From the NCBI RefSeq assembly GCF_025021925.1, contig NZ_CP092368.1, positions 360,001 through 392,000 on the forward strand: a stretch of DNA of 32,000 bases, written 5' to 3'. Below the pieces are notes generated by a model, which searched no databases, was not told the DNA's origin, and saw only the letters and a list, made by a program, of their open reading frames with translations. The translations under genes were made by a program, and so were the position numbers. The DNA is from Candidatus Saccharimonadota bacterium. Lineage in GTDB: Bacteria; Pseudomonadota; Alphaproteobacteria; Rickettsiales; Anaplasmataceae. Position 1 is the first letter of the stretch. Each line of letters starts with the position of its first letter. Below are positions 30,878 through 32,000 of the stretch, piece after piece.

Positions 30878-31612
30878 GACAACAATACTGAAGAAAAATT
30901 AAATTATGTTCAAAACTCTTCTTTTGTCAATCAATGTATTCTAAAAGTAGAACATCTAAGTCTTACATATAATAATATAGCAGTTCTCAGTGATATTAAT
31001 ATCTCTTTATATAAGGGTAATATAGTTACAATTCTCGGGCCAAATGGAGGAGGAAAAACCTCTTTAGTAAAAGCAGTGGCAGGCCTTAATACAAGTTATA
31101 CTGGTAAAGTGTTCTTTGCTAAGAATATCAAATTTGGTTATATGCCTCAAAATTTTAAGATTAATAATCTCATGCCAATTACAGTTGAATATTTCCTTTT
31201 AAACAGTTTTTCTAAAAAGTTAAAACAACATGAATATGTGATTTCAGATATCATATCATTAGTTGGTTTGAATCATATTTTACATCACCAAGTTTCAGAA
31301 ATTTCTGCTGGACAGACACAGTTAATGATGCTGGCACGATGTTTAATTGCAGAGCCTGATTTAATTATTCTAGATGAACCTGTCAGTGCAATGGATATTA
31401 ACGCACGCGCTAAATTTTATGACATTATTAGTAAAATCACAAAAAAGAAATTTGTATCAATTCTAATGACTTCTCATGATTTAAATGCAGTTCTTCCATA
31501 TACTAATTATCTTCTATGTATCAATAAAACAATCTACTATGAAGGTAAACCTGATGTATTGATGCATAAGAATACTCTCAATGAGATCTTTAGCAGTTAT
31601 ATCACAGCATGA
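30869..31612 (+). CDS. znuC: Metal (zinc-type) ABC transporter ATP-binding protein
   Basis: Walker A GPNGGGKTS, Q-loop GYMPQ, signature ISAGQTQ, Walker B LIILDEP and H-loop TSHDL. It is divergent from the binding-protein gene. Confidence 0.85.
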   Translation: MSHDNNTEEKLNYVQNSSFVNQCILKVEHLSLTYNNIAVLSDINISLYKGNIVTILGPNGGGKTSLVKAVAGLNTSYTGKVFFAKNIKFGYMPQNFKINNLMPITVEYFLLNSFSKKLKQHEYVISDIISLVGLNHILHHQVSEISAGQTQLMMLARCLIAEPDLIILDEPVSAMDINARAKFYDIISKITKKKFVSILMTSHDLNAVLPYTNYLLCINKTIYYEGKPDVLMHKNTLNEIFSSYITA

Positions 31613-32000
31613 TTCGTAATATTCTACGCATTCTACATATTATTGTAGTACTGATTCGATATAATGTCTTTTTTTATCTGTTATTCTATTCTACACAAGT
31701 ATCATTTAGTATACTGAAAGGTGATCAATTAAAGTGTGCTCTTGAAAAATTAGGTCCAGTATTTATTAAATTTGGACAAGCGTTATCATCTCGTACTGAT
31801 ATTCTAAGTGAGGATGTTACGAATCATTTACTTCTGATATGCGATAGATTACCATCATTTTCAAGTAAGATAGCAATTAATACTATAGAAAGTGAATTTC
31901 GCTGCAAATTAAATAATATATTTATCAGTTTTTCAGAACATCCAATTGCAGCAGCATCAATCTCTCAAGTACATAGAGCAATTACTCTAGAAGGTAAAGA
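31609..32000 (+). CDS. ubiB: UbiB/ABC1-family atypical kinase (ubiquinone biosynthesis), N-terminal part; continues past the window end
   Basis: This ORF is absent from the track because it has no stop in the window. ATG at 31609 overlaps the znuC stop (ATGA). Translation MIRNILRILHIIVVLIRYN...LEKLGPVFIKFGQALSSRTDILSEDV...PIAAASISQVHRA carries the UbiB KxGQ and AAASIAQVH signatures. The frame is open to base 32000. Confidence 0.9.
   Translation, partial: MIRNILRILHIIVVLIRYNVFFYLLFYSTQVSFSILKGDQLKCALEKLGPVFIKFGQALSSRTDILSEDVTNHLLLICDRLPSFSSKIAINTIESEFRCKLNNIFISFSEHPIAAASISQVHRAITLEGK

Noticed and set aside
1-32000. Search by eye for tRNA, rRNA, tmRNA, RNase P, CRISPR repeats, IS elements, integrases, phage genes and toxin-antitoxin or defence modules
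   Set aside because: No intergenic gap contains a GC-enriched block of about 70-90 nt with cloverleaf potential. There are no regularly spaced direct repeats, and no ORF has transposase, integrase or defence-type motifs. A covariance-model scan (tRNAscan-SE, Rfam) would be needed to exclude small RNAs formally.

Overview
This window is a very AT-rich, gene-dense stretch that looks like a reduced genome of an obligate intracellular alphaproteobacterium. It is probably Rickettsiales, Anaplasmataceae/Ehrlichia-like. That placement is inferred from gene content (pyrF, pccA, petB-petC without petA, an NDUFAF7/MidA homologue, an NFU1-like protein, UbiB) and base composition, not from any search. 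I can support 23 housekeeping CDSs by motif: secA (3' part), rmuC, pyrF, valS, ctaA/COX15, pccA, gltX, a MidA-like methyltransferase, alaS, rho, an MrpD/NuoN-family membrane subunit, holB, tsaC, miaA, lepA, a truncated PMM/PGM-family gene, petC, petB, an Nfu-type Fe-S protein, hisS, a ZnuA/TroA-family binding protein, znuC and ubiB (5' part). The supplied ORF track opens some ORFs on TTG, so I trimmed several N-termini to the first ATG that fits the family N-terminus (rmuC, pyrF, alaS, holB, lepA, petB). I found no rRNA, tRNA, CRISPR array, IS or transposase, integrase, phage gene or recognisable defence or toxin module. I see no convincing evidence for a novel multi-gene system. The items most worth a second look are: (1) a 1.45 kb spacer between miaA and lepA with no solid coding capacity, which holds a 15-bp and a 12-bp perfect inverted repeat and protein-like frame fragments; (2) a metal-binding-protein homologue with three of four canonical metal ligands replaced by Gln/Asn/Asn; (3) a PMM/PGM homologue lacking domain 4 and with a degenerate sugar-binding loop; (4) a lone MrpD-like subunit next to a 570 bp rho leader region containing a 20-bp perfect palindrome; (5) petB-petC without petA; (6) several unusual gene overlaps. 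All homology calls come from reading motifs by eye and need confirmation by BLAST or HMM searches.
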